Below, in pieces: positions 26,887-35,676 of a stretch of DNA of 64,000 nt. The stretch is from an uncultured Acidimicrobiales bacterium (lineage in GTDB: Bacteria; Actinomycetota; Acidimicrobiia; Acidimicrobiales; SZUA-35). Location of the stretch: the NCBI GenBank assembly GCA_937958015.1, contig CALGOA010000185.1, positions 938 to 64,937 of the forward strand, given 5' to 3'. A program made the translations under genes and the position numbers. The notes below the pieces were generated by a model. The model made no database searches. It was given only the letters and a program-made list of their open reading frames with translations, and was not told the origin of the DNA. How positions within the stretch are numbered: the first letter of the stretch is position 1; the number at the start of each line of letters is the position of its first letter.

Positions 26887-28097
26887 TCCTCCGAGTCGGC
26901 CAACACGAACGTGCTGACCACCTCAACGTGACTGGTCTGGTTGAACAGGTCTAACACCACCACGTCGGTCAGGCGATAACCGTGAGCGGTCAACAGGCCG
27001 GCGTCGCGACCCAACGCCCCGGCGTCGCAGCTCACCAACACCACCCGGGCGGCACCGGTCGCGGCGATGCGCCGCGCGCCCTCCTCGGCCAAACCCGACC
27101 GGGCGGGATCGGCGATCACGGCGTCGGCTCGGACGGCCGTCCACCGTTCGAAGCGCGACTCCACCTGCTTAGCGCCGGGAGCATTCACCCGGGCGTCAGC
27201 AACCGCAGCAGGATTGGACTCGATGGCGATGACCGAGCCGCCCGAGCCAAGCCACTCACGGCCGATCGTGGCGGAGAACAAACCACCGCCCGAGTAGGCA
27301 TCGATCAGAACACCCGAACGATCCGCCGAACCCAACCCGCGACGAACCTCCTCGACCAGCGCGGCCGCACCCTCGGATGAGGACTGGAAAAACGCATGGG
27401 CCGAAATCCGAAGGGTCACGCCATCGATCGTTTCCGTGATGTGTTCATCGCCCGGCGAGTTGCCGTTGACGACGATCACGTCCGGAGGTGCCTGCACCGA
27501 GGCCACGTCCGTGTCGGTCACCACCATCCGCTGACCCGTCGATCCACTGACGCGGAGGCTCACCTCGGTTGCGCCGGGGCAACGTATGGTTGCGATCAGA
27601 TCCTCCAACAATGGATGGGCGACCCCGCACGTCGTTGGAACGAACGCCTCATGGGACGCCCGCTGGCGGTAGGCCAGTCGACCATCGGGCTGCGCCAACA
27701 TCCGCACGGCGGTGCGGTAGCCGGTCCCGGGCAACTCCGGACCTGACCGGATCGGAATCTCTGCCGTAGCCAACTTGCCGATCCGCCGAAGCGCATCCTC
27801 GACCATCTCGACCCGGAGCCGTCGCTGCCCATCGGCGGAGATGTGCTGCCAATCGCAGCCGCCGCAACGCCGTTCGCCGACTGCATGGGGGCAACCCGGC
27901 ACCACCCGATCCGGCGATGGTTCGATGACCTCGACGACCTCACCCTCGGCGAACCTCTTCTTACTCTTGGTCAATCGCACCACGACCCGTTCGGTCGGAA
28001 CCGAACCGGCAACGAAGGTGGCTCGTCCATCATCATCGAGCCCCAGACCCTTGCCTCCGACGGCAATCCGATCAACGGTGAGTTCCACCTCGTTCAC
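26883..28097 (-). CDS. TRAM-domain class I SAM-dependent RNA (uracil-5-)-methyltransferase (RlmD/TrmA family)
   Basis: 404-aa ORF with an N-terminal TRAM domain (GGKGLGLDDDGRATFVAGSVPTERVVV), a Cys cluster CPHAVGERRCGGCDWQH, a SAM motif LIDAYSGGGLF and VLVSCD. Confidence 0.8.
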   Translation of the reverse strand: MNEVELTVDRIAVGGKGLGLDDDGRATFVAGSVPTERVVVRLTKSKKRFAEGEVVEVIEPSPDRVVPGCPHAVGERRCGGCDWQHISADGQRRLRVEMVEDALRRIGKLATAEIPIRSGPELPGTGYRTAVRMLAQPDGRLAYRQRASHEAFVPTTCGVAHPLLEDLIATIRCPGATEVSLRVSGSTGQRMVVTDTDVASVQAPPDVIVVNGNSPGDEHITETIDGVTLRISAHAFFQSSSEGAAALVEEVRRGLGSADRSGVLIDAYSGGGLFSATIGREWLGSGGSVIAIESNPAAVADARVNAPGAKQVESRFERWTAVRADAVIADPARSGLAEEGARRIAATGAARVVLVSCDAGALGRDAGLLTAHGYRLTDVVVLDLFNQTSHVEVVSTFVLADSED

Positions 28098-28115
28098 ACC
28101 CCCATACTGGAGCCG

Positions 28116-28811
28116 ATGTCTTCAAGTTCCGCACCCCAGATCAAGATCATTCCATCGGTTCTTCCGGCAGACTTCGCCCGCCTGGGCGACGAATGCCAGG
28201 CCCTCGAGAAGGCCGGAGTCGATCGCATCCAGTTCGACGTGATGGATGGCCGATTCGTACCGAACATCACGTTCGGCCCCGACGTGATCGCGTCGGTGCG
28301 TGACGCCGTGTCGGTCCCCTTCGAAGCTCACCTCATGATCGAAGAGCCCGATCACCTCATCAGCCGGTTCGTCGAAGCGGGATGCAATCTGATCATCGTG
28401 CATGAAGAAACCTGCACCCATCTGCATCGCACGCTCGCCCACATCCGCGACCTCGGAGCGAACGCTGCGGTCGCACTGAACCCGCACACTCCTATCGATC
28501 GGGTCGCCCACGTTCTGGACCTGCTCGACATGGTGCTGGTGATGACGGTCAACCCGGGTTTTGGCGGTCAGGCCTACATCTCCACCATGGAACCCAAGAT
28601 CGCCGCCACCCGGGCCCTGCTCGACACCGCCGACCACTGGATCGACCTTGAGGTCGACGGCGGGATCAGCGCCAACACCATCGAGGGTGCCGCCGGGGCC
28701 GGCGCAAACGTTCTGATCTCAGGGTCGGCGATGTTCCGCCATCCCGAAGGACTGGCGGCCGCAGTGAGCGAATTACGTCAGTTGGCCACGAAGGCGTACG
28801 GCCGAGACTGA
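28116..28811 (+). CDS. rpe: ribulose-phosphate 3-epimerase
   Basis: IIPSVLPADFARLGDE...DRIQFDVMDGRFVPNITFGP...HLM...VMTVNPGFGGQ...EVDGGI. The start was trimmed to ATG 28116 from the track's 27843. Confidence 0.9.
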   Translation: MSSSSAPQIKIIPSVLPADFARLGDECQALEKAGVDRIQFDVMDGRFVPNITFGPDVIASVRDAVSVPFEAHLMIEEPDHLISRFVEAGCNLIIVHEETCTHLHRTLAHIRDLGANAAVALNPHTPIDRVAHVLDLLDMVLVMTVNPGFGGQAYISTMEPKIAATRALLDTADHWIDLEVDGGISANTIEGAAGAGANVLISGSAMFRHPEGLAAAVSELRQLATKAYGRD

Positions 28812-29417
28812 TTACTCGTCGTCGCCGAGTTCGCCAGCTCGGGCGATCACTCGATCGAACAGTCCGTACTCCTGGGCCTCTGCGGCGGTGAACCACTTGT
28901 CACGATCAGAGTCACTCTCGATCTCTTCCACGGTGCGGCCGGAATGGTGAGCGATGAGTTCGGCCATCTGACGCTTGATCTTGACCAGATTCTCAGCCTG
29001 AATGGCGATGTCGCTGGCCTGACCCTGGATGCCGGCCGACGGCTGGTGCATCAAGATGCGAGCATGGGGCAGTGCGTAACGTTTGCCAGGGGCACCGGCG
29101 GTCAGTAGGAACTGACCCATCGATGCGCCAAGTCCGAGGCAGACCGTGGCCACGTCGGGCTTGATGAACTGCATCGTGTCGTAGATGGCCATGCCGGCGG
29201 TAACCGAACCACCGGGTGAGTTGATGTAGAGCCAGATGTCTTTGTCGCTGTCCTGACCGGCGAGAAACAGCATCTGAGCTGCGAGCTGATTGGCGATGTT
29301 GTCGTCCACCTGGGAGCCCAGGAAGACGATACGTTCCTTGAGCAACTGGTTGTAGATATCGAACCCGAAGCCGCCGGCAGGTGATTCGGCGGTGGGGAGT
29401 CCAGGGATGGTCGTCAT
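28812..29417 (-). CDS. clpP: ATP-dependent Clp protease proteolytic subunit
   Basis: 201-aa ORF with [17 protein letters not shown], the catalytic triad contexts GASMG, MHQP and DRD. Confidence 0.9.
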   Translation of the reverse strand: MTTIPGLPTAESPAGGFGFDIYNQLLKERIVFLGSQVDDNIANQLAAQMLFLAGQDSDKDIWLYINSPGGSVTAGMAIYDTMQFIKPDVATVCLGLGASMGQFLLTAGAPGKRYALPHARILMHQPSAGIQGQASDIAIQAENLVKIKRQMAELIAHHSGRTVEEIESDSDRDKWFTAAEAQEYGLFDRVIARAGELGDDE

Positions 29418-29496
29418 AGGTTTCTAGGCTACCAATGGCCCACCGCTCTGAGAGCGATCCGCCCGGTCGGGTTTCCGCCACCAACCGTGGCTGAGT

Positions 29497-30051
29497 TCAG
29501 GGGGCCAGGGCCTGCACCAGAGCCCGCAACGCTCGCCCGCGGTGGGAAATGAGATTCTTCTCTTTTCTGGTCATTTGTGCGAACGCCCGACCGTCGCCAT
29601 CGTCAGGAATGAAGATCGGGTCGTATCCGAATCCGCCGTCACCCTGAGCGGACCGAGCGATCTGCCCCTCGGCCACCCCTTCGACCACAAGGTCGGGCCG
29701 GCCGTCGGGAAACACAACGATCAAGACCGTTCGGAAACGGGCCGAACGAGTCTGATGGTCCTCCAGCTCGGCCAGGAGGCGCTCCCAGCCGCCGTACCGA
29801 GCGGTCAGCACACCGGGTTCGCCATCCAGCGCATCGACGAACAGACCGGTGTCGTCGGCCAGGGCTGCTTCGCCCGTGGCCGCGACCACCTCGATCGCCT
29901 TCTTTCGAGCGTTGCCCTCCAGGGTTCCGGCATCCTCGACCGTTTCACCCAACCCGTCGGGTCGGGGTGAAACCTCGACGTCGGCATCGGCCAACAGATC
30001 GGCGATTTCTACGACCTTGCCCGGATTCTGGGTTGCCAGCACCAACTTCAA
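29497..30051 (-). CDS. rdgB: non-canonical purine NTP (dITP/XTP) pyrophosphatase RdgB/HAM1
   Basis: 184-aa ORF with LVLATQNPGKVVE, ALADDTGLFVDALDGEPG, GFGYDPIF and SHRGRAL. Confidence 0.9.
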   Translation of the reverse strand: MKLVLATQNPGKVVEIADLLADADVEVSPRPDGLGETVEDAGTLEGNARKKAIEVVAATGEAALADDTGLFVDALDGEPGVLTARYGGWERLLAELEDHQTRSARFRTVLIVVFPDGRPDLVVEGVAEGQIARSAQGDGGFGYDPIFIPDDGDGRAFAQMTRKEKNLISHRGRALRALVQALAP

Positions 30052-30054
30052 GGG

Positions 30055-30774
30055 TCAGTCCCGGGGAGGGCGGGCCGCCGGAGGTGTTGCTAGCAGCGCC
30101 TTCTGGGCGTCGGTGATCTGGGCGACGCCGATCTCGGCCAGATCGAGCAACTCATTGAGCTGGGTTCGGCTGAAGACTTCGCCCTCGGCGGTGCCCTGGA
30201 CCTCGATCAGATTGCCTTCACCGGTCATGACCACGTTCATGTCGACGCCAGCGGTGGAGTCTTCGATGTAGGGAAGGTCGAGGCGGGGTTCGCCGTCGAT
30301 GATCCCAACGCTGATGGCGGCGCAGGTATCGGTGAAGGGGTCCTTACCGATTCCCAGCCGGGTGACCGCGTCGTGCAGCGCCACGAAGCCGCCACAAATC
30401 GAGGCGGTTCGGGTCCCGCCGTCAGCCTGAAGCACGTCGCAGTCGACCGTGATGTTTCGTTCGCCGAGTTTCTTCATGTCGACGACGGCCCGCAGACTGC
30501 GGCCGATCAGCCGTTGGATCTCCTGATCGCGACCGGACTGACGCCGACGAATCCGCTCCGGACTGGAACCCGGCAACATGTTGTATTCGGCGGTCACCCA
30601 GCCTTTGCCGGTATTGCGCATCCACCGGGGTACGTCTTCCTCGACCGATGCGGTGCACAGAACATGGGTACGCCCAAATTTCACCAGCACCGAGCCGTCG
30701 GCCATGTCGGTGAAATCCCGCTCGAAAGTGAGGGGTCGAAGTTCGTCGTTTTGTCGGTTGTCAGGACGTGCCAT
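30055..30774 (-). CDS. rph: ribonuclease PH
   Basis: [13 protein letters not shown]...[14 protein letters not shown]...[11 protein letters not shown]...[15 protein letters not shown]. The start was trimmed to ATG 30774. Confidence 0.9.
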   Translation of the reverse strand: MARPDNRQNDELRPLTFERDFTDMADGSVLVKFGRTHVLCTASVEEDVPRWMRNTGKGWVTAEYNMLPGSSPERIRRRQSGRDQEIQRLIGRSLRAVVDMKKLGERNITVDCDVLQADGGTRTASICGGFVALHDAVTRLGIGKDPFTDTCAAISVGIIDGEPRLDLPYIEDSTAGVDMNVVMTGEGNLIEVQGTAEGEVFSRTQLNELLDLAEIGVAQITDAQKALLATPPAARPPRD

Positions 30775-30933
30775 AGGCCGACACCGTAGTGCCCCGGTGG
30801 GGACTCTCACCCACGAAGGCACGTCCGTCGGGAACACGATTGCCCACCTTTATAGGCACTCCTTCCCGATCCCTTTCGGGCTAGCAGGAGACCGTGTCAC
30901 AGTGACTCCACAAGTCGTGGGTGATGACACGCA

Positions 30934-30975
30934 GCGCCGGGCCAAAGTGCCCGGCGCTTCTGCGTTTTCTCTGCT
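30934..30975 (+). terminator. orphan intrinsic-terminator-like hairpin in the rph / DUF3068 divergent intergenic region
   Basis: Perfect 9-bp stem GCGCCGGGC / GCCCGGCGC with loop CAAAGT, followed by TTCTGCGTTTTCTCTGCTTCC on the + strand. No + strand gene lies upstream of it. Confidence 0.5.
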
Positions 30976-31038
30976 TCCGCTCAGTTACAAAGTGTCTTTC
31001 AGCTCGCAAGTGCCCAAGTCATCTGACAGGGTTACGTC

Positions 31039-32148
31039 ATGCGTCGACTTGGAAGCTTCATTCTTGGATTGGGTCTGCTGGCACTGCTGGCCGGCCTGAT
31101 CATCAATTTCCTGATCGTGCCCAGGGCCAAGCAGTTCCCCGCTGATGTGGACGAGACCCGCACCTTTGATGGTGTTCTCAACACCACGTTGAACCCCGAG
31201 GCATTGGCCACCGGAGACCTTGCGTCACTCTTTGTCACCGACATCCCCGTGACCGTGGAACGTCGGCTCCAGGTCCTGGAGACCGATGGCAGCAAAGCTC
31301 TGGTGCAGAGTGACGCCCTGGTGCTGGACCCGGCCAATCAGCCCATCCAGGCCACCGAGAGCGTCTACGCCATCGACCGCAAGACCATGCTGAGCATCGA
31401 GAACTTCACCGACAATCCGAACGTCATCGCCAGTGAGGGACTGGCGGCCGGTTTCCCCATCGGAACCGAGAAACGTGACTACGTGGGCTGGAACGGAGAG
31501 TCGGGTGAAACCAACCCGCTGCGGTTCGAGGGCGAAGAGGAACGCGAAGGTGTCGACGTCTACCACTTCACGTCCGCTTCGGGCCCCGATGCGATCCTCG
31601 AGCCCGATCCCGCGTCGCTGCCGCCTGCGCTGCCCAAGGCCCAGCTCCTGGGACTCGTCGGCGTGCTCGGACTACCAGAAGCCACAACATCCCAGCTCGC
31701 AGGTGCACTTGAACTGGCGCCCGACCCGGTACCGCTGTCCTATACCTACAGCTACACCCGCGACTTCTACATCGATCCCGCCACCGGCATCCTGATCGAC
31801 TACAACACGAACGAAACCCGCACCGCCGGCGTGAACATCGCTGGCAACTTCCAGCCGCTCGCCACGGTCTGGGATCTGACCTTCGAACAGTCCGATCAGG
31901 GAATCGCTGACTCCAAGGCGGACGCCGACGAAGCTCAGGGACAGTTGTTCTGGCTGGCCACCATCCTGCCGTGGGCCCTCATGATCGGCGGTGCCCTTCT
32001 GGCGCTGTTCGGGTTGTGGACCCGCTTCAAGCACCGTGACCGTGGAATCGATCCCGACCTTGAGCCACAGTCGTTCATGGGCTCGGACGGATCAGCTGTT
32101 CTCGACGGCGGCCGCCAGAGGATCGATGACATCAACGACCTTGGCTGA
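31039..32148 (+). CDS. DUF3068 (PorA-like) membrane-anchored protein
   Basis: 369-aa ORF with an N-terminal TM (SFILGLGLLALLAGLIINFLIVPRAKQFPADVDETRTFDG) and a C-terminal TM, the typical DUF3068 layout. Confidence 0.7.
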   Translation: MRRLGSFILGLGLLALLAGLIINFLIVPRAKQFPADVDETRTFDGVLNTTLNPEALATGDLASLFVTDIPVTVERRLQVLETDGSKALVQSDALVLDPANQPIQATESVYAIDRKTMLSIENFTDNPNVIASEGLAAGFPIGTEKRDYVGWNGESGETNPLRFEGEEEREGVDVYHFTSASGPDAILEPDPASLPPALPKAQLLGLVGVLGLPEATTSQLAGALELAPDPVPLSYTYSYTRDFYIDPATGILIDYNTNETRTAGVNIAGNFQPLATVWDLTFEQSDQGIADSKADADEAQGQLFWLATILPWALMIGGALLALFGLWTRFKHRDRGIDPDLEPQSFMGSDGSAVLDGGRQRIDDINDLG

Positions 32149-32178
32149 CGTTTGATCCGACATCGGACCGGGTAATTG

Positions 32179-32218
32179 ATTGGGAGCGGCCATTTGGCCG
32201 CTCCCAATTCTGGTTTTT
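32179..32218 (+). terminator. Rho-independent terminator of the DUF3068 gene
   Basis: 13-bp perfect stem ATTGGGAGCGGCC / GGCCGCTCCCAAT with loop ATTT, followed by TCTGGTTTTTG. Confidence 0.8.
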
Positions 32219-32400
32219 GAAGGCTTCTTCGGTCGGTTCCGTTTAGGTCCGATTCGGCCCGAATAGCTTGTTGATGCAGGTGGCGTTCGTCCGACCTCGT
32301 AGGAGCCGACCACCCACCGCGACAAGACGGGAGTTTCCACCCACAATCGCTCGGTAGTCATACCCATGGTGGTTCGGTCGATCCGATTTAGGTTTCCGGC

Positions 32401-33549
32401 ATGCGAATGAACCATGCGGGGAAGAACGCACTGATCCATCCCCTCGAGGAAGGCCTCGCCGCCCTCGCAGATGCCCGGCTTCGGATCGACCCACTGGGCA
32501 CCGTGGAACGCAAACAGATCGTCGAAGGTCTCTTCCACGAAGGCGACCGGGCGAAGGCGTTCCATCACCGGTTCTACAGCCTGATGACCCTGTCGGTCCT
32601 GATCGCTGTGCTGGGCCTTCTGGCCGACTCCACCGCCGTGGTCATCGGCGCAATGCTCGTCGCTCCACTGATGGCACCCGCCCTCGGCGTTGCTGCCGCC
32701 CTCGTCATGGACTGGTCCGACCGGGCCCTGTGGTCACTCTGGCTCGTCATCACCGGCGCAGCGCTCGCCGTCGCTCTCGCCGCCGCCACCTCGTGGATCC
32801 TGCCCGGTGACCCTCAACCGCTTCCGAATGAACTGTTGGCTCGAACCTCTCCCCGACTGGTCGATCTCGGAGTCGCCCTCGTCGCCGGCGCCGCTGGCGC
32901 ATATTCGCAGGTGCGACGACAAGCTGGGGATGCGATCGTCGGAGTGGCCGTCGCCGTTGCGCTCATTCCACCACTGGCCGTTACCGGCATCACCCTTCAA
33001 CTGGGCGAATGGCAGATGGCCGCAGGTTCATTCCTTCTCTTCCTTGCGAACGTGATCGGCATCATCACCGCCGGGGCGCTGACATTCATCCTGTTCGGCC
33101 TGGTTCCCAACGGCCGACTCTTCGAAACTCGTCAACCGATTGCCCGGCGTCTTCGCCAGACCGTGATGGCCACCGTCCTCGTCGTCGCCCCGCTGCAGAT
33201 CATCGACGAGTGGCGACCAACCCCGGTTATGAGTTCGGCGCCCGGTCAGGCCATGGTCACCGACGTCGTGAGTGGCTGGCGAGCCGATGTTCGGATCATC
33301 AGCGTTGCCATCGAGGACATCGTCGATGAGCGCGAAGCTCCAACCGTTCATCTCACCCTTGCCAGCAGTGCTCCTCGAGATGAACCGCTCGGCGTCGACG
33401 TCCTGTCGAATCGGATCTCCGAGGCGTTCGGATCCTCGGTCAACGTGGTCGTGACCTCGGTCGAAAGCAACGTCGAAAGTGCAACTACCAACATCGAAGA
33501 GCCGGAATCCAACACCGGCCTCAACCCCCTCGAACGAAAAGGCGAGTGA
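32401..33549 (+). CDS. DUF389 family membrane protein
   Basis: 382-aa ORF with the characteristic SLMTLSVLIAVLGLLADSTAVVIGAMLVAPLMAP and IPPLAVTGITL motifs, plus a soluble C-terminal domain. Confidence 0.7.
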   Translation: MRMNHAGKNALIHPLEEGLAALADARLRIDPLGTVERKQIVEGLFHEGDRAKAFHHRFYSLMTLSVLIAVLGLLADSTAVVIGAMLVAPLMAPALGVAAALVMDWSDRALWSLWLVITGAALAVALAAATSWILPGDPQPLPNELLARTSPRLVDLGVALVAGAAGAYSQVRRQAGDAIVGVAVAVALIPPLAVTGITLQLGEWQMAAGSFLLFLANVIGIITAGALTFILFGLVPNGRLFETRQPIARRLRQTVMATVLVVAPLQIIDEWRPTPVMSSAPGQAMVTDVVSGWRADVRIISVAIEDIVDEREAPTVHLTLASSAPRDEPLGVDVLSNRISEAFGSSVNVVVTSVESNVESATTNIEEPESNTGLNPLERKGE

Positions 33550-33550
33550 C

Positions 33551-34255
33551 ATGCACAGAATCCCCCTAGCAACCTTTACGTGGCAGCGGACCGAACCTCT
33601 TCTCGAGGTTCACCCCGGCACGATCAACCTGTCGTTCCCGAGCCGTTTCGGCGACCTGCCGTGGATGCTCGACCGGTCCGAGATCGCCGTGGTGGACACC
33701 CGCGATCAGATAGCCGAACTCGACGATGGCCTGATGGGCAATGCCGAAGTCGACTACAGCCACCTCAGCGTCCCGTATCTTGCGACGACAACCGCCGCCG
33801 CCCCGCCGACGACGGGCCTCCTGTTCGTCGAACCCAAACGCCACCCCAACCTCGGCATCATCGATGGTCTCCTCGTTCGCGAAGCGAATCCGGGCCAACT
33901 CATCGAACTGGCTGCCGCCCTGGGGATGGAGACCGCGACCGGTCTCCATTGGTTCGCAGACCACCGCCAGGCTGTGCCCCCAGCCGCCATGGCGGTGCGC
34001 TCCACTATCCGCCGAGTGGAGAGTGCCGGTGTTGCTTCTGCAGCAGCCGGCGGTGGTCTGTTCTTTCTCGCCGCAGGACAGAGCATGCACGTCCGAACCG
34101 GCCGGGTCGGACTTGCAATGCTGATCGGGGGAACCGGCGTCGCTGTTGTGAGCGACTGGCTGGGACGGCATCGTTCTATGAATGGAGCCGACTCCGACCA
34201 TTCTTTCGACTCTCGTCAGCACCTCCACGGCGACAGCGAACGCGTCGGCACGTAA
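33551..34255 (+). CDS. hypothetical protein with C-terminal TM segments
   Basis: ATG 33551 lies immediately after the DUF389 stop (MHRIPLATFTWQRTEPLLEV...). The 3' end overlaps the ligase ORF by 74 nt, so the true 3' end or the ligase start is uncertain. Confidence 0.45.
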   Translation: MHRIPLATFTWQRTEPLLEVHPGTINLSFPSRFGDLPWMLDRSEIAVVDTRDQIAELDDGLMGNAEVDYSHLSVPYLATTTAAAPPTTGLLFVEPKRHPNLGIIDGLLVREANPGQLIELAAALGMETATGLHWFADHRQAVPPAAMAVRSTIRRVESAGVASAAAGGGLFFLAAGQSMHVRTGRVGLAMLIGGTGVAVVSDWLGRHRSMNGADSDHSFDSRQHLHGDSERVGT

Positions 34256-35663
34256 CGAGAAGGTTGCTGCGCTCGCCGCCTTTCTGAAAGAGGTTCCGGG
34301 CGACGAAATTCCCACTGCGGTTGCGCTGCTGACCGGCGTCCCACGCCAGGGTCGCGTCGGTATCGGCTGGGCCACGGTCGGCGCCTCGTTCGACGGCGGT
34401 GGAGTACCGGGGTCCCGGTCCAACGAAGCAACCCTGACCCTCGCCGACGTGGACGCCGCCGTCGACGGGGTTGGTGCAGCCACCGGCGCCGGGAGCGACG
34501 GCGTCCGCAAGCAGATCATCAGCGACCTCATGACGGCGGCAACGAAGGACGAGGCCGACTTCCTCGCCGCGGTGTTGGTCGGCGGCCTCCGCCAAGGCGC
34601 TCTGGCGGGTGTCCTCACCAGCGCGGTGGCCAAAGCCTTCGGCGTCAAACTCGGATCGGTCCGGCGGGCGGCGATGTTGCTCGGCGACTTGGGCGCAGCT
34701 GCGAAGTTGGCAGCCACCGGTGGCGAGGACGCCCTCGCTTCGGTCGGGCTGACGGTTGGCCGTGCGATCGAGCCCATGTTGGCCTCCACATCCGCCGACG
34801 TCGCCGAGGCGATCGAATCCGTTGGACTCGCCTCGGTCGAGTGGAAGCTGGACGGAATCCGTATTCAGGTCCATCGGTCAGGCGACGACGTGCGGGTGTT
34901 CTCTCGCAATCTCAACGACATCACCGAACGGACCTCCGGTGTCGTGGACGCGGTGCTCAACCTACCGGTCCAATCGATCGTGCTCGACGGAGAGGTTCTG
35001 GGTTCCCAACCCCACTTCTTCGACGTGCTGCTCCTCGACGGCGAAGACCTTCTGGAGCGACCGCTTCGGGACCGGCTCGAGATACTGGATCGGGTAACCG
35101 GTGATCTACGAATTCCGGGCATCATCACCGAGGACCCGCTTGCGGCGCAGACCCACCTCGACGAGGCGTTAGCCGCAGGCCACGAGGGGGTGATGGTCAA
35201 AGCCATCGAAACCACCTACGAGGCTGGCAAACGGGGCAAGGGCTGGAAGAAGGTCAAACCCATTCACACCCTCGACCTGGTAGTGCTCGGAGCCGAATGG
35301 GGTCACGGCCGACGCCAGGGTTGGCTGTCGAACCTTCATCTTGGCGCCCGCAACGGCGATGACTTCGTGATGGTTGGCAAGACGTTCAAAGGCCTGACCG
35401 ACTCCGTTCTCGAGTGGCAGACCGCCGAGATCCTGGCCCGCGAAACCCACCGCGAAGGCATCACCGTTTTCGCCCGGCCGGAGCTGGTGGTGGAGATCGC
35501 GTTGGACAGCAGCCACACCAGTACCCGGTACCCCGGTGGCGTGGCTCTGCGATTCGCACGCGTCCGAACCTATCGCGATGACAAGGACCCGAACCAGGCC
35601 GACACCCTCGATGCAGTCAAGTCGCTGATGGTGACCCTCCCCGTCCACGACCTACCCGAGTAG
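34182..35663 (+). CDS. ligB: ATP-dependent DNA ligase (LigB-type)
   Basis: 493-aa ORF with the motif I adenylation site EWKLDGIRIQVH, plus EGVMVK and WKKVKP. The N-terminal DNA-binding domain resembles actinobacterial LigB. Confidence 0.85.
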   Translation: MEPTPTILSTLVSTSTATANASARNEKVAALAAFLKEVPGDEIPTAVALLTGVPRQGRVGIGWATVGASFDGGGVPGSRSNEATLTLADVDAAVDGVGAATGAGSDGVRKQIISDLMTAATKDEADFLAAVLVGGLRQGALAGVLTSAVAKAFGVKLGSVRRAAMLLGDLGAAAKLAATGGEDALASVGLTVGRAIEPMLASTSADVAEAIESVGLASVEWKLDGIRIQVHRSGDDVRVFSRNLNDITERTSGVVDAVLNLPVQSIVLDGEVLGSQPHFFDVLLLDGEDLLERPLRDRLEILDRVTGDLRIPGIITEDPLAAQTHLDEALAAGHEGVMVKAIETTYEAGKRGKGWKKVKPIHTLDLVVLGAEWGHGRRQGWLSNLHLGARNGDDFVMVGKTFKGLTDSVLEWQTAEILARETHREGITVFARPELVVEIALDSSHTSTRYPGGVALRFARVRTYRDDKDPNQADTLDAVKSLMVTLPVHDLPE

Positions 35664-35676
35664 CCGGACGTATTGG

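Noticed and set aside
28812-29417. Solitary clpP without an adjacent clpP2, clpX or tig, considered as an anomaly
   Set aside because: The catalytic triad is intact and the gene context is housekeeping (rpe, rdgB, rph). Without the rest of the genome I cannot tell whether a canonical clpP1P2-clpX locus exists elsewhere, so no claim is made.
33566-34789. 407-aa minus-strand ORF, plus the overlapping plus-strand ORFs 33580-34287 and 33741-34124
   Set aside because: These are alternative frames over the hypothetical gene and the DNA ligase gene. The ligase frame carries the KLDGIR adenylation motif, while these frames are Ala/Pro/Arg-rich with no motifs.
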